A DNA stretch of 64,000 nt from Mobula hypostoma (lineage: Eukaryota), in the NCBI RefSeq assembly GCF_963921235.1, contig NC_086097.1:7936001-8000000 (forward strand), given 5' to 3'. Shown here one piece after another: positions 46,801 through 60,405 of the stretch. The notes below the pieces were generated by a model. It had not been told where the DNA came from. It made no database searches and saw only the letters and a list, made by a program, of their open reading frames with translations. Numbering within the stretch: the stretch's first letter is position 1; every line of letters begins with the position of its first letter. The translations under genes and the position numbers were made by a program.

Positions 46801-47724
46801 AACTGAAGGAAGAGTGAGTAAGGGATTTGAAAGCTGGAGGGGGAGGGGGAAATCCAAAATGATAGGAGAAGACAGGAGGGGGAGGGATGGAGCCAAGAGC
46901 TGGACAGGTGATTGGCAAAAGGGATATGAGAGGATCATGGGACAGGAGGCCTAGGGAGAAAGACAAGGGGGGGGGACCCAGAGGATGGGCAAGAGGTATA
47001 TTCAGAGGGACAGAGGGAGAAAAAGGAGAGTGAGAGAAAGAATGTGTGCATAAAAATGAGTAACAGATGGGGTACGAGGGGGAGGTGGGGCCTAGCGGAA
47101 GTTAGAGAAGTCGATGTTCATGCCATCAGGTTGGAGGCTACCCAGACGGAATATAAGGTGTTGTTCCTCCAACCTGAGTGTGGCTTCATCTCCACAGTAG
47201 AGGAGGCCGTGGATAGACATGTCAGAATGGGAATGGGATGTGGAATTAAAATGTGTGGCCACTGGGAGATCCTGCTTTCTCTGGCGGACAGAGCGTAGAT
47301 GTTCAGCAAAGCGGTCTCCCAGTCTGCGTCGGGTCTCACCAATATATAAAAGGCCACATCGGGAGCACCGGACGCAGTCTATCACCCCAGTCGACTCACA
47401 GGTGAAGTGTTGCCTCACCTGGAAGGACTGTTTGGAGCCCTGAATGGTGGTAAGGGAGGAAGTGTAAGGGTATGTGTAGCACTTGTTCCGCTTGCGTGGA
47501 TAAGTGCCAGGAGGGAGATCAGTGGGGAGGGATGGGGGGGACGAATGGACAAGGGAGTTGTGTAGGGAGCGATCCCTGCGGAATGCAGAGAGAGGGGGGG
47601 AGGGAAAGATATGCTTAGTGGTGGGATCCCGTTGGAGGTGGCGGAAATTCCGGTCATCTAGTGATTGTCTGATTGGGTCTCCCTTGTCCTGATGTTTGTC
47701 TTCACCAGCAAGAAAATGGGAAAT

Positions 47725-48225
47725 AAGACCAATTCTCTTGCCTGCTCCCAGTAACCATTGATGCCCTGACTAATCAAGAACTTATCACCCTCCCCTTTAA
47801 ATATATCTAATGACATGGCCTCCACAGCCATCTTTGGCAAAGAATTCCATAGATTCACCACCCTCTGGCTGAAAAAATTCTTCCTTACCTCTGTTCTAAA
47901 TGGACAACCCTTTATTCTGAAGTTGAGGCCGCTGGTGTTGGAATTCCCCACTAGAGGAAACATCTTTCCTACATCCATTCAATATTCAAAAAGTTTCAAT
48001 GAGATCCCCCCTCATTCTTCTAAACTCCAGCGAGTACAGGCCTAGATCCATCAAATGCTCCTCATATGTTAACCCCTTCACTCCTAGAATAATTTTCCTG
48101 TACCTCCTCTGGAAGCTCTCCACTGTCATTACATCTTAGATAAGGGGCTGAAAACTACTCACAATGCTCCGACTACAGTCTGAGTAATGCCTTAGAAAGC
48201 CTCAGCATTACATCTTTGCTTTCAT
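47725..48225 (-). mobile_element. CR1 LINE 3' fragment
   Basis: ORF 47658-47978 (FRTEVRKNFFSQRVVNLWNSLP). Confidence 0.85.
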
Positions 48226-48472
48226 ATTTACTTGTCCTTAACTGCTGAATCACAGTGTTTACAAGGTATGAGGTGAGTGTATGTAATATTAATTGCGTGA
48301 GGGTATGATGTTTAATATGAGTTCACATTGCTCAAGTTTATTGGCTTGTATAACAAAAGTGTGGTGAACTGAGATGCATCAATATCGACCAATGTTGCTG
48401 AGATTGAAAGATGCGTTCGACAGTCTTAACTTTAAAAAATAAGTTGGTTGCATTTGAATTGCTGAAAATCGA

Positions 48473-49300
48473 ATCATCATCATCATCACCATCATCAGGT
48501 GCCGTGCCCAGTTTGAGCTTTGACTGCCATGGCCCACACACTCCTGTTTCGGGTCAAGTGGATCAATTCATCGGTATTCATTTCCAGTTCTCTGACTGCC
48601 GTCTCCATTATCATTTGTCTTTGTCTTCCTCTTGCTTTCTTCTCTTCAATCTTTTCCATAATTACCGTGCATTCTACTCCTCTTTCCTAATCACATGTCC
48701 AATGAAGTTACCTTGCCTTTTCATGATCTCATACATTATTTCTCTTTTTGTGTTTGCTCTGTTCATGACATCCTCGTTAGGTATTTGTTTCGTCTATGAT
48801 ATTCTTTGCATCCTCCTCAAAAACCACATCTCTGCTGCTACAATTCATTTCCTCATGTTACTAGATATTGTCCAATATTCTGAACCATATAACATAACTG
48901 GATAAACGTAACTTTTCGGTACTCTGAGGTGGGTTGTCATGCCTAGTTTAGTATTGGTCAGTATACTCTTCATTCTCGTAAAGGTATCTTTTGTCATCCC
49001 TATTCTTCTTTTGATATCCAAGTCGTACCTGCCATCTGATGTCACCCAGCTTCCTAAGTAGCAAAAGTTCTGTACTTGTTTTATGTCTTCCCCGTTTATT
49101 CTCAGCCTGCAGATAGGATTCTCCTTCTTTTTGTATATCACCATACATTCTGTCTTTTTGCAATTGATAGATAGACCCATTTTTGCACTTTCTTCAACAA
49201 TTATATCAACTAAGTTTTGTAGTTCTTCCTCCATACTTGCAACTAACACAGTGTCATCTGCATATCTGAAATTACTGATGTTTTCACCGCCAACTTTGAA
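48473..49300 (-). mobile_element. RTE-clade LINE 3' part
   Basis: Minus strand gives NISNFRYADDTVLVAS..GLSINCKKTECM..QVQNFCYLGS..DIKRRIGM. (GAT)n tail at 48473-48497. Confidence 0.88.
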
Positions 49301-49557
49301 AATCTAGTAAGGAAGCGAAAATCAAGAATTAATTTTCAATATCTATAGATGGCATGGACTACATATGGAAAGGGATTTTTAAAGTTACCACCTTGAATAT
49401 GTAGAATTAAATTGAGAGATCAGTGTATTTTCTACATTGCAATCCAAGTTATCTGTCACCAGTATATTGTCTCTGGAACCTAATGCCAGTTGAAATATAG
49501 AACCCACTAGAGAACTAGAAAATGGTAAAATATTATAGTCACTGTCAAAAATTAAAT

Positions 49558-50095
49558 TTCATGAGCACAAGAGATTCTGCACGTGTTGGAAATCTAGAGC
49601 AACACACACAAACTGCTGGAGAAACTCATCAGGTCAGGTCAGTATCTATGGAGGAGAATGAACAGTTGATGTTTTGGGCTGAGACTCTTCATCAAGACTG
49701 GAAAAGAAAGGGTGGAAGCCAGAGTTCTTTCATCAGGACTGAAAAGGAAATGGTAAGAAGTCAGAAGAGTGAGGGGGAGTGGAATGAGCACAAGCTGGCT
49801 AGTGACAGGGGAAACCAAGTGAAGGGAGCTAGGTGGGTGAGGGGGGTATGAAGTGCGAAACTCAGTGGTTATTGGTGGAAGAGGTAAAGGATTGAAGAAG
49901 AAGGAGTCTGATAGGAGAGGAGAGTGGACAATGGGATAAAAGAAAGGGGGGGAGCACCAGAGGGAGGTTATGGGTGGGTGAGGGTTAGAGCAAGGGGCAA
50001 GAATGGAGCCAGAATGGGGAATGGCAGAGAAAAAGGCGAAGGGAAAAAATTACCAGTGAATTGATGTTCATGCCACCAGGTTGGAGGCTACCAAC
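49558..50095 (-). mobile_element. Decayed PLE 3' fragment
   Basis: PLE terminus, decayed hammerhead with a partial local duplication (49685-49720 vs 49726-49762), and GSLQPGGMNI remnant. Confidence 0.8.
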
Positions 50096-50280
50096 AGGAA
50101 ATCCTCCATCATGACAGTTCTCCTCCATCATGACAGTGACCTTATCACACAAATCAAATACACCAATATTATACATGGTAAACAGTACCTGTGGAATTTA
50201 AGTGAAACAATGTTTAAAAAACAGTACTGAAAATTAGAGATTTTAAATAAGTCTCCAATGGTAAATTAGTCCATTTATTT

Positions 50281-50363
50281 CAGGGGTTCCAAACCTCTTT
50301 TTATGTCATGGACCCCTACCATTTACTGAGGGATCCGTGGAAACCAATCTAGGAATCCCTCTG
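50281..50363 (+). mobile_element. Short hAT-type MITE
   Basis: Third copy of the 6091 family. Flanks ATTTATTT / ATTTATGG. Confidence 0.75.
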
Positions 50364-51227
50364 ATTTATGGCAACCTCGTTGGGGGAGAAATTGTTTTAA
50401 ACTGTCTCAGTGAAAGGTACTGGTTGAGAAATTTCTTGGGAGTTGAAATTATTATTTGTAACTGCCATTTTAAATTTCAGTGCATTTTGTTGAATAATTC
50501 TTCAGCATTAGGCCTTCCATCAAAAAGGACCCCACAGTGTATCAAATATCGGCAAATCCAACAATGGGTGGTTGTAGGGGAAAATAGGGCACATCATAAC
50601 ATGTGGAATTTACTGCAGAATGTTTTCTACCAAGTACTTGACTTTGAAATAGGAGGAAAATACAATTACACGGTCCAGGGATACAAATTTTATTCAGTGC
50701 TCACTGAAACCATGTGGGTGAAATCCACGTCTTGCCCAATTTATTCTGGTCAGATAGTTTAATACCAATGAGTGTCTTATTACAGAACTGAAGCCTAATA
50801 TTACTTTGATGGTTCTGGATTACCCACTGGGGCTGTGTGAGTTTGTATTCCTTCATCTCAGTTAAACAAATTCAGCAGGATTAACCTAGAAACAGCCCTC
50901 TTGAGCTGCAGTCTGACTGCAAATCATTTTGAATTAAATCTACCCACTGTTCCCTTAACTGTAGCAAAATATCAAGTAAATGCAATTGAGTCTGGTAAAA
51001 GATGTGAGGCAGGGGCTGAATTTCAGCATATCAAATACTTAACAAGCAAAAATCATTCTTAAATTATTAAGACACATTTATCATTGCTTCACTTACTTCT
51101 ATACATTCAAATTTATTTATTTAGAATCAGAATCAGGTTTCAGGTTAATGACATGGGTTGTTATGTGGCAGCAGCGCAGTGTAATACACAATCATAAAAA
51201 ATTGTAAATTACACTAAATATATATAT

Positions 51228-51442
51228 TTTATTTTATATTGAGGTACTACATGGCATAAGCTCTACCAGTGCCTCAAGCCACGCAGTCTAGTTATCCCTG
51301 ATTTAATCCAAGCCTAATCACAGGACAATTTACAATGACCAATTAACCTACCAAACGGTACATCTTTGGACTGTGGGAGGGAGGGAACCAGAGCGCCCAG
51401 AGGAAACCCACGTAGTCACGGGAAGAATGTACAAACTCATTC
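51228..51442 (-). mobile_element. V-SINE-like SINE
   Basis: Reverse central domain TCTTTGGACTGTGGGAGG..CCAGAGGAAACCCAC. Confidence 0.8.
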
Positions 51443-51464
51443 CAGGTACTGTGTACGTATAGTT

Positions 51465-51471
51465 TGTATAC

Positions 51472-51504
<33 letters not shown>

Positions 51505-51512
51505 CGCGCATG
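51465..51512. repeat. (TG)n/(CG)n alternating purine-pyrimidine microsatellite
   Basis: Read directly from the sequence. Confidence 0.95.
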
Positions 51513-51619
51513 AAGGTTATAAACACACCTTATATATTTATATAAAGTTAAATTAAAAGTCAAATTAAATAAAAACTAGTGAGGTACTGTTCAGAGGTTC
51601 AATGGACAATTATTTATAT

Positions 51620-54600
51620 GTTGCTCTGTAGGGAATCTTACTTCCAGGGGAATTATGCTTCTGGGGCGCCTAGGGGTTAGTTGCGGTACTCTCAATGGAT
51701 ACGATTAAATATTCTTGTTTCAGCCTAATACAGCTAAAAAGCACAACTGCTTCCAAGGTCAGTATAGTCAACAAAGGTGACCTAATGCGTTTAAACGAAG
51801 TATCAATGCTGAAAACTGATGGAAATAACTCTGATTGCGGACGGAAGCCCCCACGGAGGAAGCGTGGCTGTAGATTGAGGTTACAAGTGTGTTTAAGAAA
51901 CAGGGTTTTAAACTCCCAGTACCAACTATCTTGCTGACAAATATGCAGTCTCTGGTAAATAAAATTGATGATCTCAGAGTTAGGGTGCTGAATCAGAAGG
52001 ACATTAGGACCACGTATGTCCTTTGTTTCATGGAATCCTGGCTAACCTCTTCCATACTGGATGAAGCGATTCAGATCGACAGGTTTACTGTACGCCATCA
52101 GGATAGATCTATAGAATCTCTCTAAAGCAGAGGTGAAGGAGTATGCCTCATGGTCAACTCTTTTTGGTGCAGAAATATATCAGTGCTGTCCCAATTCTGC
52201 TCACCATATCTAGTAGTTAATATCTAGTAGTTAAGTACCACCCTTTTTACCTACCACAGGAGTTCTCCGGGGTTATTTTGGTAGCAGTATCCAGTCCACA
52301 TCAGGCCAATGTCAATCAGGCTTTAGATGATCTGAGCAATGCTGATCAACATGCACAAAACACTTTCACCATTGTTTTGGGAGATTTTAACCAGGCCAAG
52401 CTGAAAAAAATCACTAAGCAATTACAGATCACTTCCAAAACCAGAAGAAACAATACACTGCATCATTGCTACACCACCATCAAGAATGCCTGCCGTGCTA
52501 TTCCATGCCTTCACTTTGGGAAGTCTGATCACCTGGCTGTATTTCTACTCCTTGAGGATAGACAGAGATTAGAGACTCTGTCTATACGCAGTAGTGGAGA
52601 CCAAGAAGGTATGGACAAGAGAAGCACAGGAGCTTTGAATCGGTGGACTGGACTGTATTCAGGGATTCACCTTCGAAACTGGATGAGTATGCTGCAGTTG
52701 TTACCGACTTCATTACAACCTATGTTGATATACGTGTGCCTACGAAGTCTTACTGCACATTCCCAAACTAAAAGCCATGGATGAAACAGGAGGTACGTCA
52801 TCTGATGAAGGCTATCTGTAGTATTCAAGTCTGGTGACCCAGGACTGTACTAGAAAAACAGGTATGATTTGCGGAGGGCTACTTCAGGGGTGAAGAGACA
52901 ATTTGAAATGAGGTTGGAGGTGACGTCAGATGTACGGCAACTCTGGCAGGGTTTGCAAGACTTTACTTCCTACAAAGCGTAATCCAATAGCGTGAACGGC
53001 AGTGACGCTTTACTGCCTGATGAACTCAATGCCTTCTATGCCCACTTTGAAAGGGAGAATATAACTACAGCTGTGAAGATCCCTGCTGCTTCTGATGACC
53101 CTGTGATCTCTGTCTCAGAGGCTGATGTTAGATTGTCTTTAAAGAGAGTGAACCCTCGCAAGGCAGCAGGTCCCAATGGAGTACCTGGTAAGGCTCTGAA
53201 AACCTGTGCCAACCAACTAGCGGGAGTATTCAAGGACATTTTAAACCTCTCACTGCTATGGGTGGAAGTTCCCACTCGCTTCAAAAAGGCAACAATTACA
53301 CCAGTGTCTAAGAAGAATAATGTGAGCCGCCTTAATGACTATCGCCCGGTAGTACTCACATCTACAGTGATGAAATGTTTTGAGAGGTTGGTTATGACTA
53401 GACTGAACTCCTGCCTCAGCAAGGACCTGGACCAATTGCAATTTGCTTATTGCCACAATACGGCAGATGCAATCTCATTGGCTTTCCACACAGCTTTAGA
53501 CCACCTGGACAACACAAACACCTATGTCAGGATGCTGTTTATCAACTACAGCTCAGCATTTAATGCCATCATTCCCACAATCCTGATTGACAAGTTGCAG
53601 AACCTGGGCCTCTATACCTCCCTCTGCAATTGGACCCACGACTTCCTAATTGGAAGACCACAATCTGAGCGGATTGGTGATAACATCTCCTCCTCGCTAA
53701 CGATCAACACTGGTGCACCTCAGGGGTGTGTGCTTAGCCCACTGCTCTACTCCCTATATACCCATGACTGTGTGGCTAGGCATAGCTCAAATACCATCTA
53801 TAAATTTGCTGATGATACAACCATTGTTGGTAGAATCTCAGGTGGTGACGAGAGGGCGTACAGGGGTGAGATATGCCAACTAGTGGAGTGGTGTCGCAGC
53901 AACAACCTGGCACTCAACGTCAGTAAGACGAAAGAGCTGGTTGTGGACTTCAGGAAGGGTAAGGTAAAGGAACACATGCCAATCCACATAGAGGGATCAG
54001 AAGTGGAGAAAGTGAGCAGTTTCAAGTACCTGGGTGTCAAGATCTCTGAGGATCTAACCTGGTCCCAACATATTGATGTAGTTACAAAGAAGGCAAGACA
54101 GTGGCTATACTTTATTAGGAGATTGAAGAGATTTGGTATGCCAACAAATACACTCAAAAACTTCTATAGATGTACCACTGTCTGGTATGGTGGGGGTGGG
54201 GGGGGGTGCGGGTGAGCTACTGCGCAGGACTGAAAGAAGCTGCAGAGGGTTGTAAATCTAGTCAGCTCCATCCTGGGTACTAGCCTATAAAGTACCCAGG
54301 ACACCTTCAGGGAGTGGTCTCTCAGAAAGGCAGCGTCCATTATTAAGGACTCCCAGCACCCAAGTCATGCCCTTCTCTCGATGTTACTATCAAGTAGGAG
54401 GTACAGAAGCCTGAAGGCACACACTCAGTGATTCAGGAACAGCTTCTTCCCCTCTGCCATATGATTCCTAAATGGACATTGAACCCTTTTTTAAAAATAT
54501 ATATAGTATATCTGTTTTTTGCACGATTTTTAATCTATTCAATACATGGATACTGTATAAAGTATACTGCATAAGATTTATTTATTTATTATTGTTATTA

Positions 54601-54701
54601 TTATTATTATTTCTTCTTCTTCTATGTTATGTATTGCTTTGAACTGCTTCTGCTGTTAACAAATTTTCGTCACGTGCTGGTGATAATAAACCTGATTCTG
54701 A
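51620..54701 (+). mobile_element. Near full-length Rex1/Babar-type LINE (APE plus RT), decayed
   Basis: APE motifs ILLTNMQSLVNK, CFMESWL, VLGDFN and GKSDH. The 407-aa RT ORF 52992-54215 has NDYRPV, QFAY, GAPQGCVLSPLLYSLYT and KFADD. Tail AATAAACCTGATTCTGA. Confidence 0.9.
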
Positions 54702-54879
54702 ATCATAATACACTTCTGGCTTTAATTAAAGAATATCCACTTATTGCCTTATTTTCCCACTTCAGAAGGAATTTGGGAACAACTTTATTATGCTCATTTT
54801 GGGGGTAAAAAATCGATGTAAGTCATACTTATTTCAGCTGTAGGATGTCCCGTGTTTATCCCGCATAAGCTTATGACCC

Positions 54880-57335
54880 TCATATTGACTGGCACCTCCT
54901 GACTGCAAGGGGGATAGATGGGGCTGAATTTGTCAGGTGTGTTCAAGAAGGATTCCTGACTCAGTATGTGGACCGGCCGACGAGAGGAGAGGCCATAGTA
55001 GATCTAGTTCTGGGTAATGAACCTGGTCAGGTGGCAGACCTCTTGGTGGGGGAGCATTTTGGTGAGAGTGACCACAACTCCCTTAGCTTCAGCATAGCTA
55101 TGGAAAAGGATAAAACCAGAAAAAATGGGAAAGTGCTTAACTGGGGAAGGGCTAACTATGAAGGGATGAGGCAGGAACTAGCGAGAGTAAATTGGAAACA
55201 GATATTCAAGGGTGAAAGCACAGAAGTCATGTGGAGGAAGGTTAGGGACCACTTGTGCTGGGGTCAGGATAGGGGTCTGTCCCACTGAGACAAGGAAAAA
55301 ATGGTAGGAAAAGGGAACCGTGGCTGATGAAACACGTGAGGCAACTGTTCAAGAGGAAGAAGGAAAAATATGTCAGATATAAGAAGCCGGAAGCAGGAGG
55401 GGTTCATGAGAAATATAAGGTAGCCAGGAAGGAGCTTGAGAAAGGACTTAGGAGAGCTCGAAAGGGGGCATGAGAAGGCCTTGGCATGTAGGATTAAGGA
55501 GAACCCCAAGGAGTTCGATGCGTATATGAAGAACAGAAGGATGACAAGAATGAAGGTGGGGCCGCTAAAGGATAAAGATGGCAACATGTGCCTGGAGCAG
55601 GAGGAGGTTGGGGAGGCCTGAATGAATACTTTGCTTCAGTATTCACAAGAGAGAAGGACCTTGATCGGGGTGAGGTTGAAATAGAACAGGCCTGTGTGCT
55701 GGACAACGTGGAGATTAAGGAAGAAGAAGTGTTGGATCTTCTTAAAAACATTATGATTGGTAAGTCCCCAGGGCCAGACGTAATATACCCCAGGCTGCTG
55801 TGGGAAGTGAGAGAAGAGATTGCTGGAGCAGTAGCTATGATCTTTGAATCCTCTTTGGCTGCAGGGGAGGGGCTGGAGGATTGGAGAATGGCAAATGTAG
55901 TTCCCTTGTTTAAGAAAGGTAACAGGGAGAATCCTGGGAACTATACACCGGTGAGTCTTACATTGGTGGTCTGCAAACTACTGGAAAAGATTCTTAAGGA
56001 TAGGATCTACGATCTACGAGCATTTGGAGAGGTACAGTCTACTCAAGGATAGTCAACATGGCTTTGTGAAGGGAAGGTTGTGCCTCACAAGCCTAATTGA
56101 GTTTTTTGAAGAGGTAACAAATGAAATTGATGAAGGTAGGGCGGTAGGTGCGGTCTACATGGATTTTAGCAAGGCATTTGACAAGGTCCCCCACGAGAGA
56201 CTCATCCAGAAAGTCATGAGGCATGGGATCAGTGGAACCTTGGCTGTTTGGATAAAAAAGTGGGCTTACAGGAAGAAAGCAGAGGATAGTCTTGGAAGGA
56301 AAGTATTCTGCCTGGAGGTCAGTGACTAGTGGAATGACGCAAGGATCTGTCCTGGGACCCCTGCTCTTTGTGATTTTTATAAATGACTTGGATGAAGAGG
56401 CAGAAGGATGGGTGAGTAAATTTGTGGATGACACAAAAATTGGAGGAGTTATGGATGGAGTAGTAGGTTGTTGAAGGTTACAAGAGGATATAGACAGGAC
56501 GCAGATTTGGGCAGAAAAGTGGCAGATGGAGTTCAATCCGGATAAGTATGAGGTGATGCATTTTGGAAGGACAAACCAGAAGGCTGAGTACAGGGTTAAT
56601 GGTCGGTTACTTAAGAGTGTGGATGAACAGAGGGACCTTGGGGTTCAAATCCATGCAACCCTCAAGGTCGCTGCGCAGGTTGATAGGATAGTTAAGAAGG
56701 CCTATGGGATGCTAGGCTTCATTAATAGGGTAGAGAGGTCATGTTGCAACTCTACAAACCTCTGGTGAGAGCACACTTAGAGTAAGAATTGTGTTCAGTT
56801 CTGGTCACCTCATTATAGGAAGGATGTGGAAGCTATGGAGAGGGCTCAGAGGAGATTTACCAGGATGTTGCTTGGATCGGAAAACAAGTCTTATGAGGCA
56901 AGGTTAGCAGAACTGGGACTTTTCTCTTTGGAGTGTAGAAGGATGAGAGGGGAATTGATAAAGGTCTACAAGATTATGAGAGGCATAGATAGGGTGGATA
57001 GCCAGTACCTGTTTCCCAGGGCACAAATAGCAAATACCTGAGGGCATATGTAGAAAGTTAAGGGAGGAGGGTTCAGGGGAGACATTAGGGGTAAGTTTTT
57101 TACACAGAGGGTTATGGGTGCCTGGAATGCCTTGCCAGGGATGGTGCTGGAGGCTAAAACATTAGGGGTATTTAAGAGCCTCTTGGACAGGCACATGGAT
57201 GAAAGAAAAATAGAGGGTTACGGGGTAGTGTGGGTTTAGTACATTTTTTTAAGGAATATATGGGTCGGCACAACATCAAGGGCCGAAGGACTGTACTGTG
57301 CTGTAGTATTCTAGTGTCTAGTGTCTAGTGTTCTA
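54880..57335 (+). mobile_element. CR1 LINE, 5' truncated (end of APE to 3' UTR)
   Basis: PTRGEAIVDLVL..GESDHN, QHGFVKGR, MDFSKAFDKVPH, QGSVLGP and KFVDDTK. Tail is (TCTAGTG)n. Confidence 0.93.
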
Positions 57336-57734
57336 GAAGGTCACAGTGGATACATTTTTGAAATTACTTTCACCTATTACCTTCCTGAGCATTTCAAAAC
57401 AGCAGGAAAGTTCCTTTGACTCTATCAGCGCCTCACCCCTCATCAGCTTTTCCCCGTGCAAGCCTTCCCCTGCTCACCACCACCCGATCAACTTCATCAA
57501 CTCAATGTTACCTCTGACCCCCATCTTACAAACTGGTGGCCCAATTCCACTGGGAGTCATTTGTGTCTGGAAATTGTATGTCAGGTTAGGTGCAAATACA
57601 CAGATGAACAATTTGAACTGTACAGTCAATTCCAAGTACCTTTTTAGAGATTTGTCAGATGACAAAGTCGAGCCTAAAAACAACACCAGTAACTTAAACT
57701 GCATAAATATGGCCATACAACATAGGAGGCAATT

Positions 57735-59305
57735 CATAGTCATAGTCATACTTTATTGATCCCGAGAGAAATTGGTTTTCGTTACAGTTGCACCAACCAA
57801 GAATAGAATATAAATATAGCAATATAAAACCATAAATAATTAAATAGTAATATGTAAATTATGCCAGGAAATAAGTTCAGGACCAGCCTATTGGCTCAGG
57901 GTGTCTGACCCTTCAAGGGAGGAGTTGTAAAGTTTGATGGCCACAGACAGGAATAACTTCCTATGACGCTCAGTGTTGCATCTCGGTGGAATGAGTCTTT
58001 GGCTGAATGTACTCCTGTGCCCAACCAGTCCATTAAGTAGTGGATGGGAGACATTGTCCAAGATGGCATGCAACTTGGACAGCATCCTCTTTTCAGACAC
58101 CACCATTAGAGAGTCCAGTTCCATCCTCACAACATCACTGGCCTTACGAATGAGTTTGTTGATTCTGTTGGTGTCTGCTACCCTCAGCCTGCTGCCCCAG
58201 CACACAACAGCAAACATGATAGCACTGGCCACCACAGACTCGTGGAACATCCTCAGCATCGTCCGATAGATGCTAAAGGACCTCAGTCTCCTCAGGAAAT
58301 AGAGACGGCTCTGGCCCTTGTTGTAGACAGCCTCAGTGTTCTTTGACCAGTCCAGTTTATTGTCAATTCATAACCCCAGGTATTTGTAATCCTCCACCAT
58401 GTTCACACTGACCCCCTAGATGGAAACAGGGGTCACCAATGCCTTAGCCCTCCTCAGGTCTACCACCAGCTCCTTAGTCTTTTTCACATTAAGCTACAGA
58501 TAATTCTGCTCACACCATGTGACAAAGTTTCCTACTGTAGCCCTGTACTCAGCCTCATCTCCCTTGCTGATGCATCCAAGTATGGCAGAGTCATCAGAAA
58601 ACTGAAGATGGCAAGACTCTGTACAGTAGTTGAAGTCCAAGGTGTAAATGATGAAGAGAAAGGGAGACAAGACAGTCCCCTGTGGAGCCCCAGTGCTGCT
58701 GATCACTCTGTTGGACACACAGTGTTGCAAGCACACGTACTGTGGTCTGCCAGTCAGGTAATCAATAATCCATGATACCAGGGAAGCATCCACCTGCATC
58801 CCTGTCAGGTTCTCCCCCAACAGAGCAGGGCGGATGGTGCTGAATGCACTGGAGAAATCAAAAAACATGACCCTCAAGGTGCTCGCTGGCTTGTCCAGGT
58901 GGGCGTAGACATGGTTCAGCAGGTAGGCAATGGCATCCTCAACTCCTCGTCGGGGCTGGTAGGCGAACTGGAGGGGATCTAAGTGTGGCCTGACCATAGG
59001 CCGAAGCAGCTCCAGAACAAGTCTCTCCAGGATCTTCATGATGTGGGAGGTCAATGCCACCGGTCTGTAGTCATTAAGGCCACTGGGGCGCGGCGTCTTC
59101 GGCACAGGGATGAGGCAGGACGTCTTCCACAGCACAGGAACCCTCTGGAGACTCAGGCTGAGGTTGAAGACATGGTGAAGTACTCCACATAGCTGAGGGG
59201 CACAGGTTCTGAGCACCCTGGTACTGACACCATCTGGGCCTGCAGCCTTGCTTGGGTTGAGACGTTTCAACTGTCTTCTCACCTGTTCAGCTGTGAAGCC
59301 CACCG
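57735..59305 (-). mobile_element. Rex1-type LINE (second family), 5' truncated
   Basis: ORF 58494-59303 (NDYRPVALTSHIMK, DPLQFAYQ, FFDFSSAF, GAPQGTVLSP) and ORF 57888-58259. Tail (ATGACT)n. Confidence 0.92.
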
Positions 59306-59319
59306 TGGTGCTTTCGTTT

Positions 59320-60405
59320 TGACTTGTTGTGTCTATGTTGACTTGGAGAAAAATTCAATTTCAGAGTACAAGGCAGGATTCTTGACAGTGTGGAGGAACA
59401 GAGTGATCTTACCATTGATGCCTCAAAGTTGCTACACAAGTTGATAGAATGATTAGGAAATATGGATGATGGTGTGTTGGACTTCATATGTTGTGGGAAT
59501 GTGTTCAAGAGCTGCAAGGTAGTGTTACAGCTCTATAAACTCCAGTTAGACCATTCTTGCATTCAGTTCTAGTTGCTTCATTTTAATAGGACGGATGTGG
59601 AAGATTTAGAGAGGGTGCATAGGAGATTTACAATGATGCTGTCTGGATTACAGAGCATGTCTTCCGAGGATAGGTTGAGCGCACCAGGGCTTTTCTCCTT
59701 GGAGCAAAGGAAGATGAGGGCTGACTTAATACAGGTGTATACGATTCATCATCATTATGTGCCAAGTCGTATGATGTGGGTGATCATGGTCTCCATGGCC
59801 AGGATCGTTCTTGGCAAATTTTTCTGAAGAAGTGGTCTGCCATTGCCTTCTTCTGGGCAGTGTCTTTACAAGATAAGTGACCCCAGGCATCTTCAATACT
59901 CTTTGGAGAGTTTCTTTGTGGTGTCAGTGGCCGCATAACTAGGGCTTGTGACATTCATCAGCCGCTCCTACGACCATCCACCACCTGCTCCCAAGGCTTC
60001 AAGTGACACTGATCGGGAGGCTGAGCAGGTGTTATACCTTGTCTGAGAGTGACCTGCAGGCTTGTGGAGAGAAGGACATATCTCCAACATACCATTCAAA
60101 TCTTGTAAACATAAGATTATCAGAGCCAAAAGTAGAGTCGAGCACATTTTTTAGGGTGGCAAAGAATCACATAGAGGACCTTCTTTTTAAGTGAGTGAAC
60201 AAAAGTTAGCAGGGATGTCAGAGATAGGTTGTTCACACGGAGAGCTGGAATGTGTGGCCAGGAGTGGCGTTATTGGCAGATAGATTAGAGACATTTAAGA
60301 TACTCTTAATAAGCTCATGAACATTAGAAAAATGGAGGATTGTGTAGGAAGAAAGGGTTAGATTGAACTGGAGTAAGCTAAAAGATCAACAAAACATTTT
60401 TGGGT
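59320..60405 (+). mobile_element. Decayed CR1 3' part interrupted by a minus-strand RTE-type non-autonomous element (about 59745-60090)
   Basis: LERVHRRFT..GLFSLEQRKMRADLIQVY stops at the insert, and CR1 sequence resumes near 60105. Confidence 0.75.

Larger units (their letters stand above)
43180..47650 (-). mobile_element. Near-complete Penelope-like retroelement in partial-tandem (pseudo-LTR) arrangement
   Basis: Direct repeat of about 960 bp (43180-44140 vs 46690-47650) brackets the coding region. RT and GIY-YIG domains are present, with a hammerhead motif in each repeat. Confidence 0.96.

Noticed and set aside
43180..47650. LTR retrotransposon, suggested by the long direct repeats
   Set aside because: The repeats contain coding sequence and lack TG..CA ends. 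There is no gag or integrase, and the RT and GIY-YIG are PLE type.
50102..50137. 17-bp direct repeat TCCTCCATCATGACAGT; also a 14-bp duplication at 52207-52234
   Set aside because: Isolated two-copy micro-duplications at or within TEs, with no sign of function.
50337..50762. 141-aa ORF in unique DNA
   Set aside because: Starts at a GTG inside a MITE. No recognisable domain or convincing exon boundaries.
57346..57759. 137-aa ORF and overlapping antisense ORF
   Set aside because: No motif or homology recognised, and it ends in a LINE microsatellite tail.
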